This document shows, piece after piece, positions 27,001 through 42,000 of a stretch of DNA of 64,000 nt. Origin of the DNA: Phoronis australis (Eukaryota > Animalia > Phoronida). The stretch spans positions 62,001-126,000 of the forward strand of contig NMRA01000308.1 in assembly GCA_002633005.1 (NCBI GenBank). The letters run 5' to 3'. The notes under the pieces are model-generated. The model was not told the origin of the DNA and did no database searches. It saw nothing but the letters and a program-made list of their open reading frames with translations. The position numbers and the translations under genes were made by a program. Every line of letters begins with the position of its first letter. Position 1 is the stretch's first letter.

Positions 27001-30000
27001 GTTGCCCTTGGGTGATGACTCCAGAATGAGTTGACTATCACAACTCACAGGGTTATACATGAACACTATGCAGTTGGTCAGTTTACCGTCATAAACCAGC
27101 TGAAAGGATAGCATGTGAACAGATGAAATGATTCAAAAGGAAGCAAATATTCTAATATTGAAAAGCTGTTATTCAGTTTAAATTGCAACAGTCGAAAGTA
27201 TTATTTTTAGATGACTGACATATGAGTGTCACTGAGTCACACTGCGTAGGTAAGCAGACATATGAGTGTCACTTTACTGAGTCCTACTGAGTAGGAAAGC
27301 ATACATGAGTTTCATTTTACTGAGTTCTACTGAGTAGGTAAGCAGATGTATATGTGTCACTTTACAGAGTTCTACTGTAAAAGTAGGAAAGCATACATGA
27401 GTTTCATTTTACTGAGTTCCACTGAGTAGGTTAGCAGATGTATATGTGTCACTTTACTGAGTCTCACTGAGTTGGTAAACACTGTCATCACAAGTACTAG
27501 AAAAATAAGTGATACCATGTCTCAAATATTTCCAGAATTTGGTTCACGTTGTGATGTCCCATAGGTTCCATATTGGGAAGAAAAACAACTCTCACAGGGA
27601 TCATTTTAGAAAAACTTTGCTCTGTAGAATTGACCAACAAAGTCCCAAGTCTATGGGTCAATTTGTAGGACTTTAAGGCCATGTTAGTTTTTTGTACTTT
27701 TTCCATTCCTATTTAAAAGGGCCCATTGGCCAGAGTTGAGTAATCACAGTACGTCAATGAAATTATTTTTGCACCAATTACGCAAGGAACCCTCCTAAAA
27801 TTATCCCAGCTCACAAGTGAGTGTGCAATAATTTAACTGGAAACGTGGAACATTCGTCTGCAACGAAAACATTGCAGACGGTCACCCTAATCCATCATCA
27901 CTGATTCGACATGACAGCATAACACAAGCAGCTCTCATTGGTCAACTGAAGACCTCAGAATTGTATCCATTTTACATGATAAAGCACAATACCTTTCTCT
28001 GGTGCTCGTTAAGTAAACTTTGACTTTCATTTTCAAATCTGTATTGGCTCTGAAACGAAAACATAAACTACCACTTCAGAGAAAGACAATTGGTCAACGC
28101 TTGTAGTCAACTCCGATAGTATTCATTTTATTACGCAGTGTTAGAACATTGCAAGAGTTATAATCTGATAAGAAATTGATACAAAATATTAAAAAATTAT
28201 TAACTTATTAGACAGACTTTCAAATGTGTGAACTCTTTTGTTGAAATGCGCGTTCAAATACTGAATAAATTTACTTTGTATGCCGGTCCCATCCTCCACA
28301 TGGCATAGACTGTTGCAGGTTGGAGGGCCTCACTGAACAGATATACTGTAGAGATCTGGCCGCAGAAAGCGACATCTGGTGTCAGATCTGGGTTGGAGCC
28401 AATGTAGCATTTGTCAAAAGGCTGAAATTATAGAGAAGAAGGATTAATGAAATGTGAGCGTTTTTAACATGATACTGAAGAGGACCAGGTTGTTGAGATA
28501 TTATACATGATCTGAAATAAAAGAGAAGAAGGATTAATGAAAGTGACAAACACTGAACGTTTTTAACACGACACTGAAGAGGACCAGGTTGTTAAGATAT
28601 TATACATGATTTTGTAATTTTGTCAAATGTTTAATGAAACATTGCCATGGCATATCGAATACACCACACACAAATCTATTGAAATAAATCACCATACATT
28701 TCACAATAGCTTGACCCAATAGCGTAAGCATCGAATCTGTATATTCTCAACACAGTAAACATTTGATGGAAATGAACATTATGCGGACCTGAACACAATT
28801 CTTTCTACCGAGTTCACAAGTTGTCAAAGATGCGTAGTTCTTATAAACCAGATGTTTTCAATATCAAGATTTGCGATGATTCTTCACAAGAAGACACCAC
28901 ACAATTTACACTTTCCCCAATTTGGAAGTTGACAAAGCAGGAAAAAATGATTTTGAAATGATTGCACATATAATAAAAACATAATAAATAAAGACAACAT
29001 AAACATTGAAGGTTGCATGTCAACCTTTCTGACTGGTTAATATTGAGAGCTTCATCCACAAATAGTTTAATTATTCAAAGTGACTGTAAACAGCATTCTG
29101 TCCAAAAAGTGAACTTTTAATTTCGACCAGTTACTGCTATAAAACTGGTCTCAACATGATTTCTTGTTCCTATGATTAGAAGCGATTCCTGGGTTTGAAC
29201 TGACAGTATACTATTCCTTGAGACCATGCTTGGTCCATTAAATAAAGTATACTATTCCTTGAGACCATGCCTGGTCCATTAAATCAGAGTATACTATTTC
29301 TTGAGACCATGCTTGGTCCATTAAATCACAGTATACTATTCCTTGAGACCATGCTTGATCCATTAAATAACAGTATACTATTCCTTGAGACCATGCTTGG
29401 TCCATTAAATAACAATATACTATTCCTTGAGACCATGCTTGGTCCATTAAATCAGAGTATACTTTCCCTTGAGACCATGCTCAGTCCATTAAATAACAGT
29501 TTACTATTCCTTAAGACCATGCTTGGTCTATTAAATCAGAATATACTATTCCTTGAGACCATGCTTGGTCCATTAAATAACAGTATACTATTCCTTGACA
29601 CCATGCTTGGTCCATTAAATAACAGTATACTATTCCTTGAGACCATAACTGGTCCATTAAATAACAGTATACTATTCCTTGAGACCATGCTTGGTCCGTT
29701 AAATCAGAGTATACTATTCCTTGAGACCATGCTTGGTCCATTAAACGACATAGCATGATATGCCACTTAGTATAGCCAGGTCTAAAGTTACAACAAAGTG
29801 TCATTTAAAATCCTAAAATCACCTCTTATTTGACTAAGGAACAATTTGACATCAATAACAATGAGTGGTCTAAATTAAAAGATGTTTCTGTGATGGATGA
29901 TGGGTTTGTAGCCACTAAACTCAATTTGCAAATTGCAAGACAGCTAGCTTTAAACACTGTACTTCAGCAAACGGCTGCCTCAACTGAACAACTTCCTTCA

Positions 30001-33000
30001 ATTATCGTGTGAGTGATAAAATTGAGGAAACGGAATGTCTGCTTAATGACTCAAATACATTATAAAACGAAGTAATGAATTAAAGAAACAGGAAGTTGAA
30101 GTAGCACTTCCTTAGCTGCACTCACGTCTGTAGTCCATGCCAGCCAGGAACCTTCTTGGAACGAGACCAGATTTCCGTCCACATAGCAGCGAAGTTCACT
30201 CTTGCTCCATCTATTGTACACGTGCACTAGAGCGACGTGATACCACTGGAGGGGAAAACAAAGGTTGGAGTCTTGGAACCACACAATAGTTTTGCAACTT
30301 AAATTATTGTAATTTTAGACATTTGGAAAACTCCAACAAACCCATGTTGCTGCCTAAATACCATTTATAATACACGGTTTCCATATTTTCTATGACTTTT
30401 CCAGGATTTAATTTTCATTAATTTTGCTATGAGCTATTTTCCACAAAAAGTACAATACGTCTAGCATTTTTGCTTAAGATTGTTTTGAAATAAGTATAAC
30501 AAACTGGTTTTAACTTGTGTTCATGATTTAAAGCCTCAGTCACACTGCCACCAAAATAGGCCAATAACATTAACACCACAATCCTATGTTGTTTGTTAAC
30601 TTTGTATTCAGTTGTTTAGTGAGGACATATCAGCCACTAAATATGACACAGTTTGTTGAAGTAACAAACAGGAATAGAACTGCACAGTCACATCACATAT
30701 TCAGGCAACCACAGGGGAAGTTGAGAACATGATGTTTCACAAAATTATGTACTTAGATTAAGTGGTGTGTTCCGACAACTGTTGTGCACATTGTATGTTC
30801 CCAGAAAGTTGAGAAGGTTACTCCTTCATCAGGTCTATATCCAGGTAAAAATTTTCCAAGATCTTAGTACTTTACAGCGATATGTAAATCTGGCCTAATT
30901 ATTATATGTTGTTTTTCATTTTAGCATATTAATTTTATTTCACTTGGTACAAAACGTCAAAATGATGTCACACCAAACAAGCGAATAGTCAGGTCTTAAT
31001 GTTGTCAGAGAGAGGTACACCTTTTCTGAAATCCATTCACTCAAAAAATATTTCAACTTAACTAGCGCTATTGATCAGTTATTTGTCACACAAATCTCTA
31101 CAAGTGATACACGCAAGTGCTACACGTGACATTTGTTTTAGGCCGTGTTATCAACATGAAGTGAGATAGACTCTTCCCCAGTTTGCAGGCCACCATACCA
31201 GGAGAAGAAGACTGTTGACCAAGTAATCCAAAGTGTCATCACATACCTTTCTAGGCTGGAACTCATAATTGACACACATGTTGAATCCCTTGTCTTTCAC
31301 TTTGTTATAAGTTAACACCAGAATATTGCCCATGAAGTGTGCAGAGTAGCCTATACCTTTACTGGAGCGAAAACTGCAAGGCAAAATACAGAAAGGTTTG
31401 ATTCAGTGTTGTAGAGTGAACATTACATCACCTAACACTAACTTTGACCATCTAAGAAAGATTGTACAATAGCTGAACTTATTTCCAAAATCTTTCACTG
31501 CTTATGAAGCTACAACTGGAGCTGCCTCATTATTTTAACAACCTTCACATTGCAGTTCAAATCCTCTACCTGAGTTACAAAAATGGCCATTTCAATGGTA
31601 TCAGCAGAAGTAGTCAAAGAATTTTCAGCACGCTTTATGACCTAAAAAAAAGCATACAGTAACTGCAGTCCAATTTTCTCTCTTGTTAAAAATGGATTAT
31701 AGACACAAATATTGTTGAAGCAGAGCAACTGTTCATGTTTCACCATAATATTGCAGTCACATGTTTCATACCAGACTAACTTGTTAACAACTACCTCAAC
31801 CATGAAGTAATCAATATTGCATTAACTAATGTGTTCATTGATGGCGTGAAATGAATTAACCAGCTTTACCAGATGTGCTCTTTTAAAAAGAAATACCGGG
31901 AGAGCACAGTGTATTTCACCGGATTGCACAAACAACAATTCCCAGATGCTAAACTTCAAGGCAACACAAAATCTGTGAATGCTCAACTTGTATCAAGGAC
32001 CACAAATATCACGCACACATAAAGTGTCTGCTAACCGTGATGCGTTTTTAACACATTGTGATATGAAGTGCGATTCCATGGTGCATACAAAACATCTGAC
32101 TATGGTAATTCAGACTGCCTGAATGAAGTCACTGAAACAACCAGAGTCAATTAACCCTCCAAAGCGCACAGACCCAACCACTTTGTGTATTGCAACGTGT
32201 GTTCATGTCCATTTCTGCGCAAACTGGGGGTAATGCTCCACAGGGTATACCTTTATGGTATATTGCTTTATCATAACAAGGATTTAACTAAAAGCAGTTA
32301 TTACCAGTAAAGGTAAGGCTTTTCATTTTCAATACCAACTCCTGTCACCGGATCAAGCCGGAACCACGTGGAAAAGGTCCACCCATTTTGGTACGGGAAC
32401 TGCTTGATAGGGGGCAGTGCAATGGCCTGAAATGAGAAATTTGTAGCGATAATTACAAGGGAAACATTCAGACAAACATGCTTGGAATCTAGCAAGAAAG
32501 ATTAAACAGAATGAATAATGTACTTTTCTAACAACTTAAACACAGTGAATCAAATGAAAACTAAAACCTAGATGAAAGCACATGTCTTACAGATCCTTTC
32601 TTTCCAGGAAAACTGAAGAATTCATCAGGGCCGTGTCTCTCTGGCATAATCTTCAGCACTGACAACAGGAGCACCGCATTCCTTCGCTACAACGAGACAA
32701 CAACACTTCCTTAAACTTCAATCAATACAACAAATCTCCAACAAATTTCACATTTCCCTCGAGCTTGTGGTTAGGGTATGATTTCCAAGAACTGATATGA
32801 ACACAGAAACCATTTTGTGGCACTAACGCTGGAAACAAACAGCTTGGGAAATAGCTTAATCTTAAAACTAAATAAATGATCTCTAAGAAGTCTTATTGGA
32901 AGTCATGTATTTCTGATGTTATCCACACTAAGTCACTATCTATGGACAATTAACACTGACGGGAAGCCGCAGTTTTAGTCTTGCACCTTTAGGTGGAATC

Positions 33001-36000
33001 TTCCATAACATGATTCTTGTTTGAGCTCTTCACAAATTTGTTTGATAAAGTATAACTCAGAAATGGTCAAGTAAAGTTGGTGAGAATTGTAGGAATTCAA
33101 GAAAAAGTTAAACCAACCCCATCATACATTCCACACTGAAACTAAAACAGACAAGATGCATTTTCAAAACAAACTTTGATGTGTTTTCTTGTCCATGAAC
33201 ACACTGATGCTCTATATCACATAACTCATTCTCCTTGACAGACAATCACGCTGCTTCGAAATGGTTACTTAATACCCCAAAAGGCACACTGAACAAGTTC
33301 AACAGTGCTGAATATTTTGAAAGCACTGAGAAAGGACTTCCATCTACAATTTTTATCGCAAATGGCAAAAACAGTGAGGGGAGCTCATAAAGGCAGCAGG
33401 GATTTGGTGGGAGAGAAGAGTAGTAAGATAAAACTATTAAGCAGACTACCTGAGCCACACAAATCACTGCTGAAACACCAGTCACCACTACTAAACTCTA
33501 CCACATGACGTAGAACATCACATCAAAATCACAATTTGAGTAATAACATCACAGAAACCTGCACACTGCACTGAAAACATCAATGTTCTAAATATCAAAA
33601 CCTGTCTGCAAAATAAACCTGGATGTATCCCTTCAATGGACGAATATCGTAGACAACGAAATGTCGATTTCCATGCACATATTTCCTAGAAAAAGCTCAC
33701 ATTCTATTTCACAATTCAGTTTATTCATGTATGGCAACAACATAAAAGTTCCCTCAACCAAAGCACAAATGCATACCTCTCTATGTGGTAGTTCCGCCTG
33801 TGGTACACCATCAAACTCAAGGTGAAGAGAATGTTCAATATTCTCATTCGTGACGTTAGTTAAACAAAGATTTAAAATCAATTTTAAATTTTCCTTTAAA
33901 GTTGCTGAATCCTTGTGCTTTAATAACATTTTTGATTAGGTTTGAATTGCTTGAAATTGAAACTAGTCAAAATTTTACGAGTTTTCGCAGTTTTGATTTT
34001 TTCCACAAACACATTGAGGTCATTAGCATTTCATTGCCACCCTCTCAGACTTTTCTGGGGGGGGCAGCCATTAAATATTTCAAGAAGTGTTGTTAGAGAG
34101 TTGTGCCCGCATCAAATGTGATTCATACAGATGTGTAAAGTACAATAAAATTCAATTTAATTTGAATTTCATCCATCTTTTGGCCAAACATGGGTCCAGC
34201 AACTTTAGAATAGTAGGAAGTACCTTTTTGCTTGGAAGCAATAAAATGGTTCACCTATAGCATTTTAAAGAGCAGAAAGTCTTGTTTTTTACATCGCATT
34301 GCAGAGGGATTTGTATCGTGCAGTACTTTGCCAGTCAATAAATCATGTTATGTAAACTTTGGAATATGATTATTGAACAAAGCCAGGTTTTGTAGTTGAT
34401 GATGATATGAGAATACAACTTTCTTAGGTTGAAACACTATGATGCAGATATAGAGAATTAATAACCGACGGTCAAATGGTATCAGATAATTGATATTTGC
34501 ATAAATCTCCTCATCCCTTGGAGTAGGTGATAAGAAAGGTTAACAAGAGCAATACATAGTATTGAAATGTGTCCATGACTGCACTGCAAATGATATGGTC
34601 CTGGGGGTGTTTTTGGTATCATAAAAATGGACATAAGGGCAATAACTTTTACCTTAAGTTTCATGGAGTTAAAAGAAAAACATAATAGTTTCAACTATAG
34701 CTACAGCTGAAGGGGAAATTTTAATTTGATTTAGTTGTTAACCACGTAATATATATATATATATATATGTATATGTATATGTATATATACGTATATGTAT
34801 TTATACCGTGTTCGTCCTAATAACCGCCCATGCCCCTATAAGCGCGTTTTCAGACTTTGCTGAAATAAGCGCCCAGTCCATGAACGTGTATGTGTGAAAA
34901 ATGCCTTACCTACAGTCCTAAAATTCTACAGTAACATCTTCAATTTGTTAATAATATGCAACAGACCTGAAAAAATCATTATGCGCAGAATTTGTAGACC
35001 TCGCCGCTATGTCAGTATTTAGCCGTGACTATAAACTTCAAAACTTTCGCCGCGCCTCAAAAAGAACACAAAAGTTTTGCTGATCTTGCGAGGAATGTGC
35101 CGTACTACGATGAGTGCACTTGTCAACGGTATTGTATTGTAGAAATTTCCCGCCATCAACAGAAATCCAAACTTCTTTGTACATGTGAAAACCGCGAATC
35201 GAAGACTAATAAATAAACTTGAGCAGTGTTAAAAGCACGTGGCCAGGAAGCACGTGCTACATACAAGTACCGGCTGTCATCAGACAATAGCCGGGAACTA
35301 TCCATTCATGAAATGGGTAGCACAGCATCGGCAAGAAATAAATATTGGCACTAATTTCCAACAGTTTCTAATACCATAAAAAATTTTGCATTATTTTAAG
35401 GAGGGATTGTTTGATTAATCATAATTGGTGTTTTTAAAGCCAAATATCCGATTAAAATGACCACTGACAGTGAAAGCTTACACACCCTTACACCGAAAAA
35501 TAACTGTCAGCCAGTCACATACGCATCCAGCAACAGGGCGACTAATATGGGCCTTACCGAGAAAATTGTCGACGTTTTTTTAGCAGATGAGACCAGCAAG
35601 TGCTGAATGAAACATGTGCTAATTTCTTAGATACAATGCACATCTAGCTCGTTAGATTGCGTTTACTCTGCCAAATGAACTCTGGTTACACGCACGCGCT
35701 TGCTTATTCAGACACGCAGACGAACTTCAAAACAAACGTCACGGGACAACAACATGTGTGTTTGTCCAGAGGTTTGTCTCGTGTTGCCACAGGTAGGCCT
35801 ACGATCATAGATGGCACACTGTAGCAAAGATTTGAACTTAAACTGCTGTCTGTTAATCCCGACTCCATGGGAACTTAAAAAATCTTAAAGATGCTATTTG
35901 GAAAACTTAAGGAGAATTTCAGGTAATTTGCTTGAGTCGAAACTGAATTTTCATTCAAGCATTCAACTTGCAATATCGACGATTGCGAGGCAGTCAGTTG

Positions 36001-39000
36001 GCGAGTTTTCACCCTGGAATTTCAGCACAATTTTCTGTAAAATGATCGTAATTTACCAGCAAAATTTGATAGCAATACACCACAATTTTGTAGAAAGTCT
36101 GTCATAGGTTACAGAAACGTCACAGAATGTAAATATGATGAATCTTAGCTTCCAATTTCACCCGTTTCGGAGACCGGGTTTCAACCGCCTGGGGTTACAA
36201 TAAGTGCCCCCCTGAAACAAATTTTTCTAAGCACCCTGGGCGGTTATTAGGGCGAATACGGTACATACACATACATGTTCATGCTAAAATGACACAAAAT
36301 AAGTTTGGTTTTAACACCATTTACTATGATTTCAACACTAGTTAGAAAACAAAAAAGTAGTTTGTGCTTTAGACCTTGCAAACCAATAGGCACCTTCGGG
36401 CAAAGCCATGTAACACTCTCGTGAGGAGAAACCATTGTATGTAGTTTTTGGTTGGAATAGCATGGCTCATTGTACAAACCTACCCAACGTCCTTTGTGAG
36501 CCTTTAATAAGCTGAACAATAGTTTGAGTTCCTTCACTGTTATACTGTAACTTGCTAGTACCCCCAACATATCCACCAGGAGGTCTGAAATAATGAGAAT
36601 ACAGGCAAGACATCAGCATTTTATAATCAGAGCACAAAGGGGCAGAAAGAAGGAATTCTATGTTAGTTGTTAGAATTCTTGACAAAAATAAATATTCCGG
36701 AAAGTTTACCTCATGGGTGGTGCTGCACAGCTGTCACCAATCCACATGCAAATTCAATTCAAATTTATTGAACAAAATAAGGCCTCGATCAGCAAAAATG
36801 GAAAAAATGCTTGAAATTGAATATGGTTTACGGAGCCAACATGAGGTCCAAGAAGTGCCTTGCATGTTCTTATTGCAGTTTTGAAATCTGGGGATTCTCT
36901 CAATACAAACGGCAAGCAGGAATGTGGCGCAAAACACCACAGGCTATTTTATCACCTCAGTGGACTACTCCACTCGTCAAGTATGAACTCTGCTTTCAAA
37001 TAGTGTTTCAGGGATATTCTGGGCGAGAAGAGTAATTTTTCTGAAGTGAGCTGCAGCGCAGAATTGAAACAAGTAATTCCGCAGTTGCAGCCTAGAGCTC
37101 TGCTGCTGAGCTAAATACCACAAATTAAATGGTTGAGTATTTTAAACGTATTTAAATGATAAAGATACTGACCTTGATTCCAGCAAATGTCTGGCAGACG
37201 ACGATGCGAATTTCAGGTTTGTAACAAAATCACTAACACAAAACGAATTTGGTTGTTTTACATTTCTGGTCAAAGCAAATACAACAAGTCTATTTCTTTC
37301 AACAATAATCACAAAAATGATTTTTTTTAACATAAAACAGATAATGACCCTTTAAAAAGAGCTCAAATAGAGTTATGGATGAACTATAGCCACAGACAAT
37401 TCTTGAAGATTACTTCTAGGGTCAAACTGAATCACTAACTTATTGAAATTGTTATCAGTTCTACTGACCTGCCACCATTTGGTCAGCTTCAGGCAGTCTT
37501 TGTAACACCTTCTCAATAAGACCGACCTCTGTGCAGGCTTGAAGGTTACGTCTGCTCTTGCGCAATATGGCCGTAAACAGGCTCCAGATTTCAGCCTAAT
37601 AAAAGATTTGAAAACATTTTACTACAGACAAACGCGTAAGACATTAACATTTGCTGTAAAAGTACCCCAGTCTTAACAATGTAAGTTAGAATCAATGATG
37701 TTGAGTATGAATTATGGAAAACAAACATGTATCTTCATAAAGGTGGATGATTCATATTAAGGTATGTAGTACCCTAGAAAACTGTCCAAGTTTGGACAAC
37801 TTCAGAACATCGTATCTCCAAAATGGCTGATTGTATTCACGTGAAACTTTCAGATACAAAGGATTATACACTGTTTTACAAAACACTGATAGAAATTAAG
37901 CTTGAAATGTTCCACTTTTGCATGAGAGGCTATCAAAAAATAAGAATTACGTGAACTTCATTCTACTTTCAGAAGAAATATACTTTTGCTCAAGTTAAAT
38001 TTTATACTTTTGTAGATATTTGGATAAATGTACAGATTTGGCAATATGGTGCCACATAACCTTAAGCTCTTACTGGGTGTGATGACAGTTGTGACAGTTA
38101 AATGTGCATTATAAATCTGTGCCTGTCAGACTTCTTACAATTAGAAAATCCACCTAATCTTGTTCCTAATGCTAAGGCTACGCTTGAGGAGATATTGAGG
38201 GATAGTTTCAGTCATTATTATAATAAGGCCACGCAGGAAATTTCATCGGTTTTATTTCCATCAATTTCAATTTAGGCACAGGATAAGAACATGGTGATGC
38301 TGCTTTGGAAGTGCAAATGCACCTCAGAATGTTGATACATTAAACACTCGAACATGGCATACATGGCGTATAGCAACTTCAAAGATTGTACAGCAGTATG
38401 AAAATCACAAATAGCACAGCCACTCAATGGAGAACATGGCTGTTTTTCATTCAAACAAATTTATCACCAAGTGATTGGATTTTCGGGTTCATTATCTTCC
38501 TTTCAATGTCCGTAGGTATTAAACTCGATTGTACTCATAGAATTGAGCAGAAAAAAGTGATCACATGAACATTTGTCTTGTGATTGCCAGCTAAATGACC
38601 ACCATTTAACTTTCAGCAGAGTTGTGACCTGATGTGTAGACAATCACAAAACTGGTAGGATGTAAGAGATACGTAGTTAAGTGTAGGATGTAATGTTGTG
38701 CATGAAGATTGACTGGTCCCAGGAGAAATTATTTACTGGTCTTCATTGACAGGGGATTAGAGGCACAAGTCATGTTCACACAATGTTAATACAATGAACC
38801 TCAATGTCAAATACAGTTGTGTTTCCAAGTAATAGTGACTTAAATGTAGTTATATCCTTCATGAACAAGACCAATACACAGTGCTGGTATGTGCCCACCA
38901 AGTGGATTCTCATACGCAATACTAAAATTTAAAAAACCCTCTTGGGAGACCTTTCTTTAAAACAACACATACTTGTTATGTTCCACAAAGGCCCACCACG

Positions 39001-42000
39001 CGAATGTCCAAATTTTCACTAAGTCTTTCCATATTTTCACCAACTTAAGTCCTTCCAAATTTTCACAAGTCTTTTCAAATTTTCGTGCAAGAATGGTGAA
39101 GGCATTTGCGTGAAATAATTGACCTTTCAACTAATTCTCAAAAATTTTGTTTTTAATGCTCTGATATCCAAATTAAAGCGCCCAGGCCATGAACCTAGAT
39201 GAGTACGGTATATTCGAGATAACATACAAGGGTTAGTTTTACCTGTAGTGTAACCTGACAATTGTCCAGCAGTTCCAACATGTGCATGACATTTTCAGAG
39301 TCTTGTATGACAAAGTTAGTCTCCAAGTCAAATTCACCACCAACAAGCTGCAATAGAAAAGAATTTGATCACCATGACAATAAAGTAAACAACATAGGTA
39401 TCACAAAAAAACTCCACAGTCTATCTCCAGTCACTGAAACACTATTTCAATGTAAATTAGTGGTGATGTATTTGATTATAAAATGAATGATTTATGGTTA
39501 CTATGGTAACACAAATAAATGGACAGGTAGATCTAAAATAATGGAAATTATTTTACAAGGATATTTGTTGAGGATATTTATTCAACCACAATTTTAAAGA
39601 TTAATAACATAATTTTACGCAGTTAATGATCACAAAAATTTATTTTTCGTTTGTCATCGTCTGAGACCCTACAGGCGGCAAAGCCCTTGAGATGTGAACC
39701 ATTTTGTTTTCGATTCTGCATGGTTGCTTCACATCGAACATTTGAATTTCCTACGGTCTTTGCTCACCACGTTCAAAAATACCGAAGGCAATGCTAGTCA
39801 TCACACAAATCAAAACAGTTAGATGCATGTTTATCAAAATGTCATTGAAAATTGCAGATTTTACTAGTGCACTTTTTGAGTATTGCCAAAAACACTTTTC
39901 AGCACTAAATACACGGCATGATCCAAGTTTCAAGGTCACAACAATAACATACAAATACATATAGAATTTACGCGAGAGCGGATAGATGAAACAGGGAACA
40001 GAGTAGGGAGAATTGATAGTTCATCTCCTGTCCCACTATAAGCGGATGTTAATAGCCGTGACTTATAAATCTCACGCTTTACGTACTCACAGCGTATCAT
40101 TTTGTTAGTATTGAAAATTTAAGCTTTCAGTTGTGTGATTTGAGTGGTGTTAACTTACTATGCTCTGCAAAATGCCCGGAACTTGTAACATAGACTCAAG
40201 ATACAGAGACTGGCACTGCATAGAATATAACAGAGCTCAACACAAAGTGAAGCCAGTCAGCTAGCTCTATGAATGAAGACTATCGTCAAAATACAGCTAG
40301 CTACCACTGTTTGTTTAGACTATTATCAAAAGCTAGGAAGCACTGTGTGTTAAGCTCCGTTAGACCCCCAAATTTCACACAGTCCGGGTAGTTCTGCTCG
40401 TCACCTCAGTCGTCGTGAAACTTAACGTGCATGGATGGCACACTATAGGGGGGTGGGGAGGGCTATAGCCCCACTTTTTTCAGTGCTACACTACACATGG
40501 TCTATAGGCGTTGCACCACAGGGGGGCTGAGGGGACTTTAGCCCCCCACATTTTTCAGTGATGCGCCGCCCATAACAAGTAGAACTAACAACTGGCGGCG
40601 GTGCATACAAATGTGGATGTCAACAAATACACTCGCTCGCTGCAGCCGTTTAAGTGAAAAACAATCTAACTAACGTCATTTTCTTGCATAATTCTCCGCC
40701 TATAGTAACAAAGAAAAGTCTGTCGTGGATTTGAAAACTGTACACTTGTGACAAGTGCACATGCCATTTCCTAAAATTTTGCGATATCACTCGGGAGATG
40801 ATGACAGCTTTGCAGCAGCAAACTTTGTAATGAAATTCAATTTGCTGGTATTAAAATACCAAAAAAATTGTAAAGAAATGAAACCAGTTCCGATAAAGTG
40901 TTGTGACATGTACGCTGGGAAGAGAAGAACAGTTGATTGAAGAATCAGCCAATAGGTGACACAATATTTCATGGCACCAAAAGCCGAAGCAAAAGATTGC
41001 ACCATAATTTTAGCAGCAAAATAACAAACAGTAGAGCGCCAATTTCCCAACACCGGTAAACAATTTAGCTAACTCAAGTAAGAGTGCAATTTTTACAGGC
41101 GCTAATTTTATGTCAGATTTTATTTGAACAGCTTTTTACCTACATCGGCAGAAAGCTGTATATTTAGTATACAACTTTGCACCATGGCTGCTCCCAGTGG
41201 TACGTACTAGCTGTATTTTGACAACAGTCTTCCTACAGCTAGCTGCTGGCTAGCTTCCATTTACTTTGATTTCACGATCCAATAACTACCGACGAAGCTG
41301 TGGCACAGTTGCTGACGTAAAACTTTCTATTGACACTTAAAATAAAACATACAACGAGAGACGAATGAGGATGCATACAACACAGTATCAAATATGGCGA
41401 GTTCAGTCCCCCCCCCCATGATGTCATAGCTGTGTAGCCCCCCACCCGTGATGTCATAGCTGTTTACGACAACCGGCAATAAACTCGCAAGTGGACTATT
41501 GGAGAAAGTCAGTGGCTAAGACAACCACTTGGTTTTATACTTAGATTCATGACATCAAATTAACAGAGTATACCAAAATGTATTGTATTCCAAGTGGCAT
41601 CTTCAATCAATGAACCCTGGTTTTCAGGAGAGCCCAGATGGAAATGTAATGCAACGGGGCTAGAATTACTTATATAACAACAAATGAAAATTAATAAATT
41701 ATAAATAAAACAATAAAAAATATATAATGAAAAGGATCTAAACCAAACAGCTATAAACAACTAAAAACAAAAAAACACAAAACAGAAAGTTAAGGTATCA
41801 TAAAAATGACCACTAGATGGCGCCATAACATACAATCCATGCAAAAACAGGAACATGCCATATTTCATAAAACTCTGTCAAGGAACTTGAGAGAAACAAA
41901 GGAAAACAGAATAAAATGAAATTGCCACTAGTGGGCAGTGCCCGTTGGGTCCGCTTGAAAGTCTTCGTCGTCTGTTGTTATCTTCATATAAATACACTTA

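Noticed and set aside
29238-29804. 163-aa LRR-looking ORF ([14 protein letters not shown])n and antisense ORFs
   Set aside because: A 42-bp minisatellite that is open by chance on both strands; not a credible gene.
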